Part shown: piece after piece, positions 8,608 to 16,880 of the stretch
Position numbering within the stretch: position 1 is the stretch's first letter
Layout: the number at the start of each line of letters is the position of its first letter
From: Patescibacteria group bacterium
GTDB lineage: Bacteria; Patescibacteriota; UBA1384; XYA2-FULL-43-10; 1-14-0-10-43-13
Direction: 5' to 3'
NCBI GenBank assembly: GCA_041666325.1
Contig: JBAYHC010000004.1
Span: forward strand, 64,929 to 128,928
Length of the DNA: 64,000 nucleotides
Made by a program: the position numbers and the translations under genes
The notes under the pieces: generated by a model
Told to the model about the DNA's origin: nothing
Seen by the model: only the letters and a program-made list of their open reading frames with translations
Databases searched by the model: none

Positions 8608-9444
8608 TTAAATCGGGGCTGGAGCAGTACGAACAAGATAGTTCTCAATAGAGCCGAGAAAGCTAAGCAGGACAATGCCACAATCAGCAACTCTCGTCTC
8701 GACCTCATACCACACTGCAGGATTGGGGTTAGTAAGCTGTTGCCCAAGGCAAACAGCATATTCCAGCCGCATCGCATCCAGATGAAGAAAGTCTTCGATC
8801 GCACCAGTATCCCGCAACAAAACATCCGGATCAAAGCAATCATGCATATCGTACATGTCCTGAAAACGGAAAAGCACATGGCGGTGAACACTCAGAATAT
8901 CGCCAAGCCAGTCGTACCAAGAATCGCCCCGGATACCGATCCCGCTACCTCGCTGACGGATAAAGTTGCCACGCGCCTTGTCAATCTTGCGAGCAACATA
9001 GCCAATGAGGTCGTCGCGGGAATTACCTGGCAACCCCGGTACGCAATCTATTGACCCCTTAATCAAGCCGCCCTTAGCAATAGCCCAATTGAGATGTCTG
9101 GCATAGCCATGACGAAGAGTATGGAGGCCAGCTTCCAGCTCATCCTCCGTCACAACATGGGGCTCAAATGGAACACCGTGCTCTGCTGCATCGGCACTGA
9201 TTGCACTGATCTGGGCTAAAGCCTCAACAATCTCGAATGAGCGCAATCCCTTGCCCAGGCAAACGACAAGATCAATATCGCTAGCCGGTGAGAGCATGTG
9301 CCGGACAGCCGAACCGGCCAAGATTGCCCAAGAAACATATTCGTTTTGGTCAATCGCCGCTCGCGCCAAATCGATAATCCGATCGAAATCTTCGACAGAT
9401 GGCACCAGTTTGTCCCGAATATCGGAGTATGGAATGAATCGCAT
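8608..9444 (-). CDS. Pol-beta superfamily nucleotidyltransferase domain protein
   Basis: GS-x9-DxD signature LAGSAVRHMLSPASDIDLVVCL; C-terminal helical region containing RHGYARH. Confidence 0.6.
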   Translation of the reverse strand: MRFIPYSDIRDKLVPSVEDFDRIIDLARAAIDQNEYVSWAILAGSAVRHMLSPASDIDLVVCLGKGLRSFEIVEALAQISAISADAAEHGVPFEPHVVTEDELEAGLHTLRHGYARHLNWAIAKGGLIKGSIDCVPGLPGNSRDDLIGYVARKIDKARGNFIRQRGSGIGIRGDSWYDWLGDILSVHRHVLFRFQDMYDMHDCFDPDVLLRDTGAIEDFLHLDAMRLEYAVCLGQQLTNPNPAVWYEVETRVADCGIVLLSFLGSIENYLVRTAPAPI

Positions 9445-9546
9445 GTGTTTCCCCCCTCCCGTACCGGTCTCGCAGGTACAGATCTGAGCGTATTTTACAC
9501 GAAAAATAGCTCCCCTGCAAGAAACAGCACCAACACAACGTTCTGT

Positions 9547-10326
9547 TTACACGCTAGAACACTGCCACAATGAGGCAAAGATCTGCGAGAAATTGCCAGC
9601 CAAATGCTGATTTGTTATGCGAATACCGACAAGACCGCCGCTCTCGAAGGAAAGTATGCTAACCATATCTCCAACAACATAGATGGCAAACTCTTTGATC
9701 ACTGTGCTCTTTGGCAGTAAACGAAATTCCAGCGCATTGCGCGTCTGGTAGTACTTAGCTTTATCTCTCTCGGTTGCTGAATCATTGATCAGCAATTTTG
9801 TCTTGATGCCTCGTTCAACTTTGAAATGCTTGACCAGATCGTGCCACTCCCGATCGAAAACAAATGACCATTCCTTGCTCCAGACAAACTCATCCCGCAG
9901 AATCAGCATCGTCTCGTTCTCCTTGGCCTGACGCAACATCGATAGATAGATTTTTTTAAGCCCTTCCTGCCCCTCAAAAAAAGTAATTTGAGGAATGGAC
10001 AGATCTTGATTGCCGAGTATTTTGAACTGTTCCTTGAGGTTTTTAACTAGTTGAAACTTCTGATCAATGGCGGCTTTCTCTTTCTCTACCATTTGTTCAA
10101 GCACGTTGTAATCTTCGACAATAAATTGTTTTACTTCGTTCTTGTACGTCGTGCTGACAAGACCCTTGGACTGCAAATCACTCAGAGCGGTGTAGACGCT
10201 GCTTCTAGAAAGATTAGTCTTCCTGGCAATGAGCGAGGCACCGGATGGCGACTTCTCAACCAGAGCAGAGTAGACCAGGGCCTCGTTTTTAGTAAACCCA
10301 AGTTTCTCGATCAATTGTTGAATCAT
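9547..10326 (-). CDS. TrmB-family transcriptional regulator (paralog 1 of 3)
   Basis: N-terminal winged HTH LGFTKNEALVYSALVEKSPSGASLIARKTNLSRSSVYTALSDLQSKGLV plus a C-terminal TrmB-like domain. Confidence 0.65.
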   Translation of the reverse strand: MIQQLIEKLGFTKNEALVYSALVEKSPSGASLIARKTNLSRSSVYTALSDLQSKGLVSTTYKNEVKQFIVEDYNVLEQMVEKEKAAIDQKFQLVKNLKEQFKILGNQDLSIPQITFFEGQEGLKKIYLSMLRQAKENETMLILRDEFVWSKEWSFVFDREWHDLVKHFKVERGIKTKLLINDSATERDKAKYYQTRNALEFRLLPKSTVIKEFAIYVVGDMVSILSFESGGLVGIRITNQHLAGNFSQIFASLWQCSSV

Positions 10327-10403
10327 CTGTCTCCTTTTGTGTTGTCGTAATTGTACGGCACATTGTACATATTGTCAATTAGCAGTATTATTGTGACAGA
10401 TTC

Positions 10404-11849
10404 TTGCAAATGCGCAAGGGAGAAATGGAAATGAAAACGACAGCACCGATAATCCAGCAGCACGAACTGACCACCGCCTGCAATAATGCTTGCGGCTTCT
10501 GCTACAACCCCGAACGATGCCAGAAATCATTCGCTCCACGGCAAGAATCGCGCCGGCAAAACTTGGCAGTGGCCGAAATGTCAGTCGCGCATGGTGTCAT
10601 GGCAGTGTGCCCGACCGGAGGAGAACCGCTCTTAGTTGGCAATCACCTCTTGGATGTGATGGCCATCTACAAACAAGGCGGATGTTACATCAGCGTTAAC
10701 ACCAATGCCAGACTGGCAACACCACGAGTGGCCAAACAGTTGGCACAAGCTGGGCTCAAATCGGCCCTCACCTCGCTTCATGGCGTGGGCAAACTGCACG
10801 ATGAGCTCGTTGGGGCCGACGGCGCATTCGAAGAAACATGGCGCGGCATGGTTACCCTGCGCTCTGAGGGCATCGCCGTAACACCCAACGTTGTCGTCAC
10901 AGCCAAGAACATCGGACGCATCGGCATGGTCGGCGCCTATCTGCTCAAGGAGGGATTCAGTTCGATCGCATTCACCCCCTTCCTGCCATCATGGGGGTCA
11001 GACCATCACCAGGATTTCCTTCTCACCGAGGATCAGCATCAAGCGTATTTCCGGCTTCTGAAGGAAATTGGCGAGCAAGGTGCACGCATCGACTCCACGC
11101 TACCGGTTCCGCCCTGCATTCTGCGCCAGATGCTTCCCTCAACATGGCCAGAATATCTGTCATTCCTGTCTCCGCGCGTTTGCATGGCCGGCCGATCATT
11201 CGGCGTTGTCTCGCCGGACGGCCACTTCCGAGCCTGCATCCAAGCACCGTTCTTCGACCAATTCGGCGGCAATGTTCACACGAACTATGCCCGGAGCTGG
11301 TCACGTGCAAACCGGTGGGCAGAACAAAAACTTCTCCCAGATGAGTGCCGGGACTGTGCCGTCCTCTCAGTCTGCGGAGGAGGCTGCCGCACGAGCAGTC
11401 TATGGCGAAACCAAGGAAGCGTTTGTGGCAAGACCATGTACATGGGTCAGCCACTCACGGCAGCCGAGGCTGAACCATTCAAACAGCGTGTGGTTGTCAA
11501 TGTCGCCGCTGCCGTTAGCTACCGCTGGCAGGATCACCTCAAGTTCCGGGATGAGGGCTGGGGCGTCATCGTCTTCAATGCAAAAAACCAGTCATTCACT
11601 ATTCTGGATCAGTCTGCGCGGACGATGCAACGGACGGGCATAGTCGCATTCGACGACGAAAAAACCGGCCGCGTGCTACAAGCAATGGGCGCAGTCGCAC
11701 CCGAGCACATGCTGGCAATACCGGCATGCACCTGCAACACCAAGGCACTTCCCGCCAACCTGCTCCTACCACGACTGGCAGGTGATCTCGATTCACCACA
11801 TGTAGTCTACCGCTTGCGTGCCGACACCGGCGAACGGTACTACTTCTAG
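10404..11849 (+). CDS. radical SAM / SPASM-domain enzyme with C-terminal PqqD-like (RRE) extension; putative peptide-modifying maturase
   Basis: CNNACGFC (CxxxCxxC), GGEPLL, SPASM cluster CRDCAVLSVCGGGC, and C-terminal FRDEGWGVIVFNAKNQSFTILDQSARTM resembling the PqqD fold. The gene is visibly GC-richer than its flanks. Confidence 0.8.
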   Translation: MQMRKGEMEMKTTAPIIQQHELTTACNNACGFCYNPERCQKSFAPRQESRRQNLAVAEMSVAHGVMAVCPTGGEPLLVGNHLLDVMAIYKQGGCYISVNTNARLATPRVAKQLAQAGLKSALTSLHGVGKLHDELVGADGAFEETWRGMVTLRSEGIAVTPNVVVTAKNIGRIGMVGAYLLKEGFSSIAFTPFLPSWGSDHHQDFLLTEDQHQAYFRLLKEIGEQGARIDSTLPVPPCILRQMLPSTWPEYLSFLSPRVCMAGRSFGVVSPDGHFRACIQAPFFDQFGGNVHTNYARSWSRANRWAEQKLLPDECRDCAVLSVCGGGCRTSSLWRNQGSVCGKTMYMGQPLTAAEAEPFKQRVVVNVAAAVSYRWQDHLKFRDEGWGVIVFNAKNQSFTILDQSARTMQRTGIVAFDDEKTGRVLQAMGAVAPEHMLAIPACTCNTKALPANLLLPRLAGDLDSPHVVYRLRADTGERYYF

Positions 11850-11853
11850 CCCC

Positions 11854-11885
11854 GTGGGCGGCCTTCCGCCCACTTTTTTTAATTA
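11854..11885 (+). terminator. rho-independent terminator
   Basis: GTGGGCGG-ccttc-CGCCCAC followed by TTTTTTTTT. Confidence 0.7.
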
Positions 11886-11936
11886 GTCCAATATTGATTA
11901 AATCCTCATCTTTTGGTATACCATTCCCGGAGGTGA

Positions 11937-12239
11937 ATGCTGATGCTTGACCGTCTGACAGCCGAACGTGCCCAACGGGCACAAAAAGCCACTTCATTTA
12001 CAGTTATCACGAGATCGAAGGGCGATTGGAGTAAAGAAGAGATAAGGGTGATTGTAGATGGCCGTCTTACTGAATGGTTTGGCCACCAGAAGCAGAAAGG
12101 AATTATGATTGGACTTGGCACCATTGACGCCAAGATGATAGAGCGGCGTTTGCTTCATCATAATTTCACTCATCAGATTGTCACTGATCGCACAGCTCTC
12201 CCCTTCGAGCCCCAAGATTATCTTTCCCCCAGCGCATAG
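11937..12239 (+). CDS. hypothetical protein (100 aa) downstream of the radical SAM gene
   Basis: GGAGG RBS 3 nt before the ATG; followed by a GCCGG/CCGGC hairpin plus T-run. Confidence 0.4.
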   Translation: MLMLDRLTAERAQRAQKATSFTVITRSKGDWSKEEIRVIVDGRLTEWFGHQKQKGIMIGLGTIDAKMIERRLLHHNFTHQIVTDRTALPFEPQDYLSPSA

Positions 12240-12260
12240 TCGGTTTGACTGTGCAACCGT

Positions 12261-12283
12261 GCCGGTTCACGCCGGCTTTTTTT
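12261..12283 (+). terminator. rho-independent terminator (overlaps the stop of the convergent minus-strand gene)
   Basis: GCCGG-ttcacg-CCGGC followed by TTTTTTT. Confidence 0.5.
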
Positions 12284-13037
12284 GTTCCTTTGATTGTTTG
12301 CAATAATTGATCATGGCTCCGGAAACGTATTGAGCCAAGCCCGGAGCAATCTTCTCGTAATTAGCGGTGAATCGCTCGTCTGCCACGTACATCTTGGCTA
12401 AGCCTTCAAAAATCTCCAGAGAACAATCATAGAAATTGTTCATGTACCTGTGATACTGGCCAGCTAGCTTGCGCACCTCGGCGTCTTCTGGCGGTACGCC
12501 AGCCTTCATCTTTTCGGCTATCTCGTTGACAATTGCACCACCCTCATCTTTGACGCTTTGGAGCTTTTCTTTGCTCCAGGATTTAACCCGAGCAACAGAC
12601 TGATCGACAGTGTCCTTGCCCCAACGTTGTCTTGCTTCCTCCTGATATTCCTGCACCTGCTCTTTGGTCAGTCCCTCGTATAGGTCTTCGTCTTTCATTC
12701 CTTTTTCTCCTGTCATTTTCTTTATCGTATTCTCAATTGTGTTAATCATCCGATCATAGCGATGTCTCTCGGCTTTAAGCGCTTCCCCGTGGCTGCTGAG
12801 GGCTTGAAGCATGTCAAAATTAGTGTCATCCAGTATCTGCTTAATCTCATCAAGTTTAAATTCTAACTCACGAAAAAAGAGGACCTGCTGCAAGCGCAAA
12901 AGATCTTTTTCCTCGTAGTAGCGATATAAATTCTCGCCAATATGCGATGGCTTGAGCAAACCGATCTGGTCATAGTAGTGGAGCGTTCTCACGCTTACGC
13001 CAGCCATCTTGGCTAACTTGTTGATTGTATATTTCAT
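12267..13037 (-). CDS. MerR-family regulator with TipAS-like C-terminal domain (TipAL/Mta-like)
   Basis: MerR HTH TINKLAKMAGVSVRTLHYYDQIGLLKP, a coiled-coil linker and a C-terminal TipAS-like region. Start taken at MKYTINK rather than the upstream in-frame Met. Confidence 0.75.
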   Translation of the reverse strand: MKYTINKLAKMAGVSVRTLHYYDQIGLLKPSHIGENLYRYYEEKDLLRLQQVLFFRELEFKLDEIKQILDDTNFDMLQALSSHGEALKAERHRYDRMINTIENTIKKMTGEKGMKDEDLYEGLTKEQVQEYQEEARQRWGKDTVDQSVARVKSWSKEKLQSVKDEGGAIVNEIAEKMKAGVPPEDAEVRKLAGQYHRYMNNFYDCSLEIFEGLAKMYVADERFTANYEKIAPGLAQYVSGAMINYCKQSKEQKKPA

Positions 13038-13128
13038 CTTAACAAGAGCATGCACTATAACGTTACGTCATAGTCAAGGGGTAAACAAAAAATATCATCT
13101 GATTACAGAGTATCTCTCTTTGCGCCTT

Positions 13129-14607
13129 TTACCCCACATTCATCTCAATCACCGGGGCGGAGCCATCCGGATTGCGCTGGAGCTCAACATCAGCAAAACG
13201 CATTTGAGCAGGATTAAAGTAGAGCATGACTTCGCCGGTCGGGCCGTTTCTGTGCTTGCGGATGAGAACCTCGGTGATACCCTTCTTCTCCGTATCTGGT
13301 TTGTAGTACTCTTCGCGGTAGAGGAACATGACGATATCAGCGTCCTGTTCGATAGAACCGGATTCACGCAGGTCAGAAAGCTGCGGCCGTTTGTCGTCTC
13401 GATGCTCAACCGCACGTGAGAGCTGAGAGAGGGCAATAACGGGCACATTAAGTTCGCGAGCCAAGCCTTTGAGTGATCGAGAAATCTCAGAGATCTCCTG
13501 AACGCGATTTCCATCGCTTCGGGACTTCCCCTCCATCAACTGCAAGTAGTCAATAATAATTAAACCAAGTCCATGCTCCATCTGCAGCCGTCTCGCCTTG
13601 GCTCGAACCTCCATAACATTGGCCCCAGGAGTGTCATCGATAAAGATCGGCGCCTCGGACAAAACACCCATAGCGTAACCAATCTTGGGAAAATCTTCAT
13701 CGGACAGATTGCCCGTACGTAATTTCCAAGAGTCAACGCCAGCTTGGGACGACAAGAGACGATCGACAAGCTGTTCCTTGCTCATTTCCAGAGAGAATAC
13801 ACCAACAGGCACCTTCTCTTCTATGGCTGCATTTTCGGCCAGGTTAAGGGCAAAGGAGGTTTTACCCATAGACGGGCGAGCGGCAAGAATAATAAGGTCA
13901 GATTTTTGAAAACCGGCTGTCTTGGTGTCTAGACCTTTGAAACCGCTGGGGACTCCGCGAATAGCACCCTTGTCCTTGTCGCGATGAATAGTGTCGATAC
14001 GCTCAAATGCTTCGGTTAGGACATCTCTTATGGGTAAGAATTTATCTTTCAAAAATTTTTGGGAGACCGCAAACAAAGACTGTTCTGCCCTATCTAGAGT
14101 TTCAGCGATTTCCCCATCCTCGTCGAAACCTAATCCGGATATATTGTTTCCAGCGCTAATCAATCGCCTCAAGACTGCCTTGTCTCTGACGATCTGTGCA
14201 TAGTGAGTGATGTTGGTCGCGGAGGGAGTGCCATTAACTATTTCGGCCAAATAGCTCGAACCGCCGACTTCCTTGATTTTGCCCTCGTTCTCCAGTGTCT
14301 CTGAGAGAGTGACAATATCAATCGGCATACGCTTTTCGAATAATCGAAGCATGGCTTCAAAGATAATGGCATGGCGATCCTCGTAATAGTCAGGAGGGGT
14401 AACCATATCGGCAACCTTGATAATCGCGTCTTTATCGAGCAGGATCGCACCCAAAACACTCCTCTCTGCTTCCGTGCTCTGGGGCGGGATGCGAACACCA
14501 GAAAAGGCTGCCTTCTTTTGGCTCTCGCCATCTCGATCAAAATTTTTTGCATTACCCCTTGGCATTCGCCCGTCCTTTTCGAATAACGTACTTGGACTCA
14601 ATAACAT
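13129..14607 (-). CDS. dnaB: replicative DNA helicase DnaB
   Basis: N-terminal domain RIPPQSTEAERSVLGAILLD, Walker A ARPSMGKTSFALNLA, and RecA-like core through the C-terminus. Start may be the internal Met at about 14562. Confidence 0.85.
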   Translation of the reverse strand: MLLSPSTLFEKDGRMPRGNAKNFDRDGESQKKAAFSGVRIPPQSTEAERSVLGAILLDKDAIIKVADMVTPPDYYEDRHAIIFEAMLRLFEKRMPIDIVTLSETLENEGKIKEVGGSSYLAEIVNGTPSATNITHYAQIVRDKAVLRRLISAGNNISGLGFDEDGEIAETLDRAEQSLFAVSQKFLKDKFLPIRDVLTEAFERIDTIHRDKDKGAIRGVPSGFKGLDTKTAGFQKSDLIILAARPSMGKTSFALNLAENAAIEEKVPVGVFSLEMSKEQLVDRLLSSQAGVDSWKLRTGNLSDEDFPKIGYAMGVLSEAPIFIDDTPGANVMEVRAKARRLQMEHGLGLIIIDYLQLMEGKSRSDGNRVQEISEISRSLKGLARELNVPVIALSQLSRAVEHRDDKRPQLSDLRESGSIEQDADIVMFLYREEYYKPDTEKKGITEVLIRKHRNGPTGEVMLYFNPAQMRFADVELQRNPDGSAPVIEMNVG

Positions 14608-14739
14608 TCACAGCAGGTATCAGGTATTTCGTATCTCGTAGCTCGTGTATCGTCTCATGTAACACACAAGGCACTGAAAAAAGTTTGATGTTTTCGCCTG
14701 ATACTAAAATACTAAAATACGAACTGCGGCACACAAACA

Positions 14740-16419
14740 TCAGCTTGCAACTTCAAAAACCTGCTCTGCCACCTTCTGTAACTCATCATCCGCGACGGGC
14801 TTTTTCTCCTTGGGCTTTGGAGTATTAATCTCGCACAGTATCCGGCAACTCCCACCAAGAATTGCGGCCGCTATCTCCTCAAGAATCTGCCGGTTTTTTA
14901 TCTCAGAGATACGGTCCTGGTGAAATTTGAATTTGACACCCAGGGTAAGAAGACCAGCATTTAAAGATAATGGTTGTGCATCACGAAGCAACGCCGCCAA
15001 TGTACCGTTCTCCTTTTTGGTTTGATCAATAATGCTCTGCCAAATATCATCTGTCATTTCTAGCACTGGCGCTGTGGCAGCAGCACTGTCCATGACCTTC
15101 TTCGGGTCATCTGTCGGAATGGATGCCTTGTTTGATTCATTTGGCTCTGTCTTTGGGCTTTCGACAGCATCCTTCAGGCCGGCATCTTTGCTCTCCGGTA
15201 TGAGAGATGATCCGTTTTCTTCTCTGTCCTCTTTCTTCTCGGCTGGTTTCGCCTGAAGTGTATCTGCTGCAGCCTTTGTCGTGCTCGCAACAGGTCGCGC
15301 TTCGGCTCTTGTCTCGCCTGACTTGCTTGCCTCTCCTCCTTCCACCTTCGCTGCAATCTGAACCACAGCCATCTCTAGCGGCAGTGTTGGAATCGATACA
15401 TCTTTAAGCGCCCGACCTTTTTCAATAAATATTTCTAGCGCAGCGACAACCCTCTCAACCGAAACCGTTGCGGCAATCTTCGAGATCTTTTCCAGTCCCT
15501 CTTTTGATTCATTCAGGATTGATTGACCGCCGATAAGATAGTGAAGTACGCGACGCAGGCCTTCGATCACCTGTCGGTTAAACACTGTCATTTCCGCACC
15601 GCTCTCATAGAGACGGTGGACGATTTTTAATCCCTCCTCCGGGAGACCATTAAAAATCGTCCACAGGAAGCTATCTACCTCCTCCCCTCGCACTACACCC
15701 AAAACACTTTCAACATCGGCAACGCCGATATCCTTGGTGCGGCTTGCGACCTGCTCAAAAAGACTAATCGCATCCCTATGACCGCCCTGTGCTGCACGAG
15801 CGATCAAGTCAAGTGCCCCGTCCGTTATTTTGATGGCCTCGCCTTCAGCAACACGCTTAAGATATTTGACAATGTCGCCGTGACTGACTCGCTTAAAGTC
15901 ATACCTCTGGGCCCTTGATAATATTGTGGCCGGAACCTTCTGCACCTCTGTCGTCGCCATAATAAAGACAACATGAGACGGCGGCTCCTCCAGGGTCTTT
16001 AGTAGTGCATTAAACGCACTCTTTGAGAGCATATGAATTTCATCGATGATGTAAACTTTCTTCTTCGACACAGCCGGGGCCAGTCTGGCCTTGTCGATAA
16101 TATCTCTGACATCATCAACGCTAGTGTGTGAAGCGGCATCGATTTCAATAACGTCGAGCGCTTTGCCTGCCGCTATCTCAAGACAGCGATCGCACGTATT
16201 GCACGGCTCCCCCCTACCGTTTTCCTCAATTTTCTGACAACAAAAGGCCTTGGCAAGCAAGCGAGCGGTAGTTGTCTTTCCTGTTCCGCGCGGTCCCGTC
16301 AAAAGATAGGCATGAGAAAGACTGCTGCTCTTGATAGCCTCAAGCAGAGTCAAACTAACATGGTCTTGACCAATAACATCAGAGAAGTTTTGAGGACGGT
16401 ATTTGTGATATAAGGCCAC
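14740..16419 (-). CDS. dnaX: DNA polymerase III subunit gamma/tau
   Basis: MALYHKYRPQNFSDVIGQDHV...LLTGPRGTGKTT, a zinc module CNTCDRC, and a low-complexity tau-like C-terminal region. Confidence 0.9.
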   Translation of the reverse strand: MALYHKYRPQNFSDVIGQDHVSLTLLEAIKSSSLSHAYLLTGPRGTGKTTTARLLAKAFCCQKIEENGRGEPCNTCDRCLEIAAGKALDVIEIDAASHTSVDDVRDIIDKARLAPAVSKKKVYIIDEIHMLSKSAFNALLKTLEEPPSHVVFIMATTEVQKVPATILSRAQRYDFKRVSHGDIVKYLKRVAEGEAIKITDGALDLIARAAQGGHRDAISLFEQVASRTKDIGVADVESVLGVVRGEEVDSFLWTIFNGLPEEGLKIVHRLYESGAEMTVFNRQVIEGLRRVLHYLIGGQSILNESKEGLEKISKIAATVSVERVVAALEIFIEKGRALKDVSIPTLPLEMAVVQIAAKVEGGEASKSGETRAEARPVASTTKAAADTLQAKPAEKKEDREENGSSLIPESKDAGLKDAVESPKTEPNESNKASIPTDDPKKVMDSAAATAPVLEMTDDIWQSIIDQTKKENGTLAALLRDAQPLSLNAGLLTLGVKFKFHQDRISEIKNRQILEEIAAAILGGSCRILCEINTPKPKEKKPVADDELQKVAEQVFEVAS

Positions 16420-16518
16420 AGCACCTCCGGTGCTCCCTACTTAATTGCAAATCAAACAAAACTACAAGCCTTACGAATTTGCTTACATGCGACTTTGTCC
16501 TATTCGTATTTTCGTAGG

Positions 16519-16562
16519 GGACATCCCCTTTGCCTCTGTATTATAAGGGCAAAGGGGATGTC
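16519..16562. other. perfect 16-bp palindrome (GACATCCCCTTTGCCC / GGGCAAAGGGGATGTC) with 12-nt AT-rich loop in the 460-bp dnaX-pilB intergenic region
   Basis: Read directly from the sequence; no U-tract on either side. A second imperfect hairpin sharing GGCAAAGGG lies at about 16668-16722. Confidence 0.5.
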
Positions 16563-16880
16563 TCGTGAACAGATGTACTATTATCTGCTGCTGGGCTTGA
16601 AGATATATTTGTGAGCTAAAACATAGCCCTCTTATCCCCATACATATCCACAGGAAGTCGATCAATAGGCAAAGGGCGTAAGTAAATCACATTCTTGACC
16701 ACGCTCCTTTCCCCTTACGCCTATCTTCATTATCCTGTCTTTTTTCCAATAAAAATGGTATATTTAACTAGACAATATCGATTGTCCAACTGCGCCCCAA
16801 CAGGTCAGGGCTATGAGGGACAACACTTCGCCAATTTGGCCTGCCGGCCGTAACCTTGGCGAGGGTCGGAGGGGAAATAA

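Noticed and set aside
16430-16620. SRP (4.5S) RNA gene upstream of dnaX, as found in many bacteria
   Set aside because: The palindrome is a perfect 16-bp stem without the SRP domain IV internal loops, and neither GGAAG-tetraloop nor AGCAGC/GGCAG conserved segments are present on either strand.
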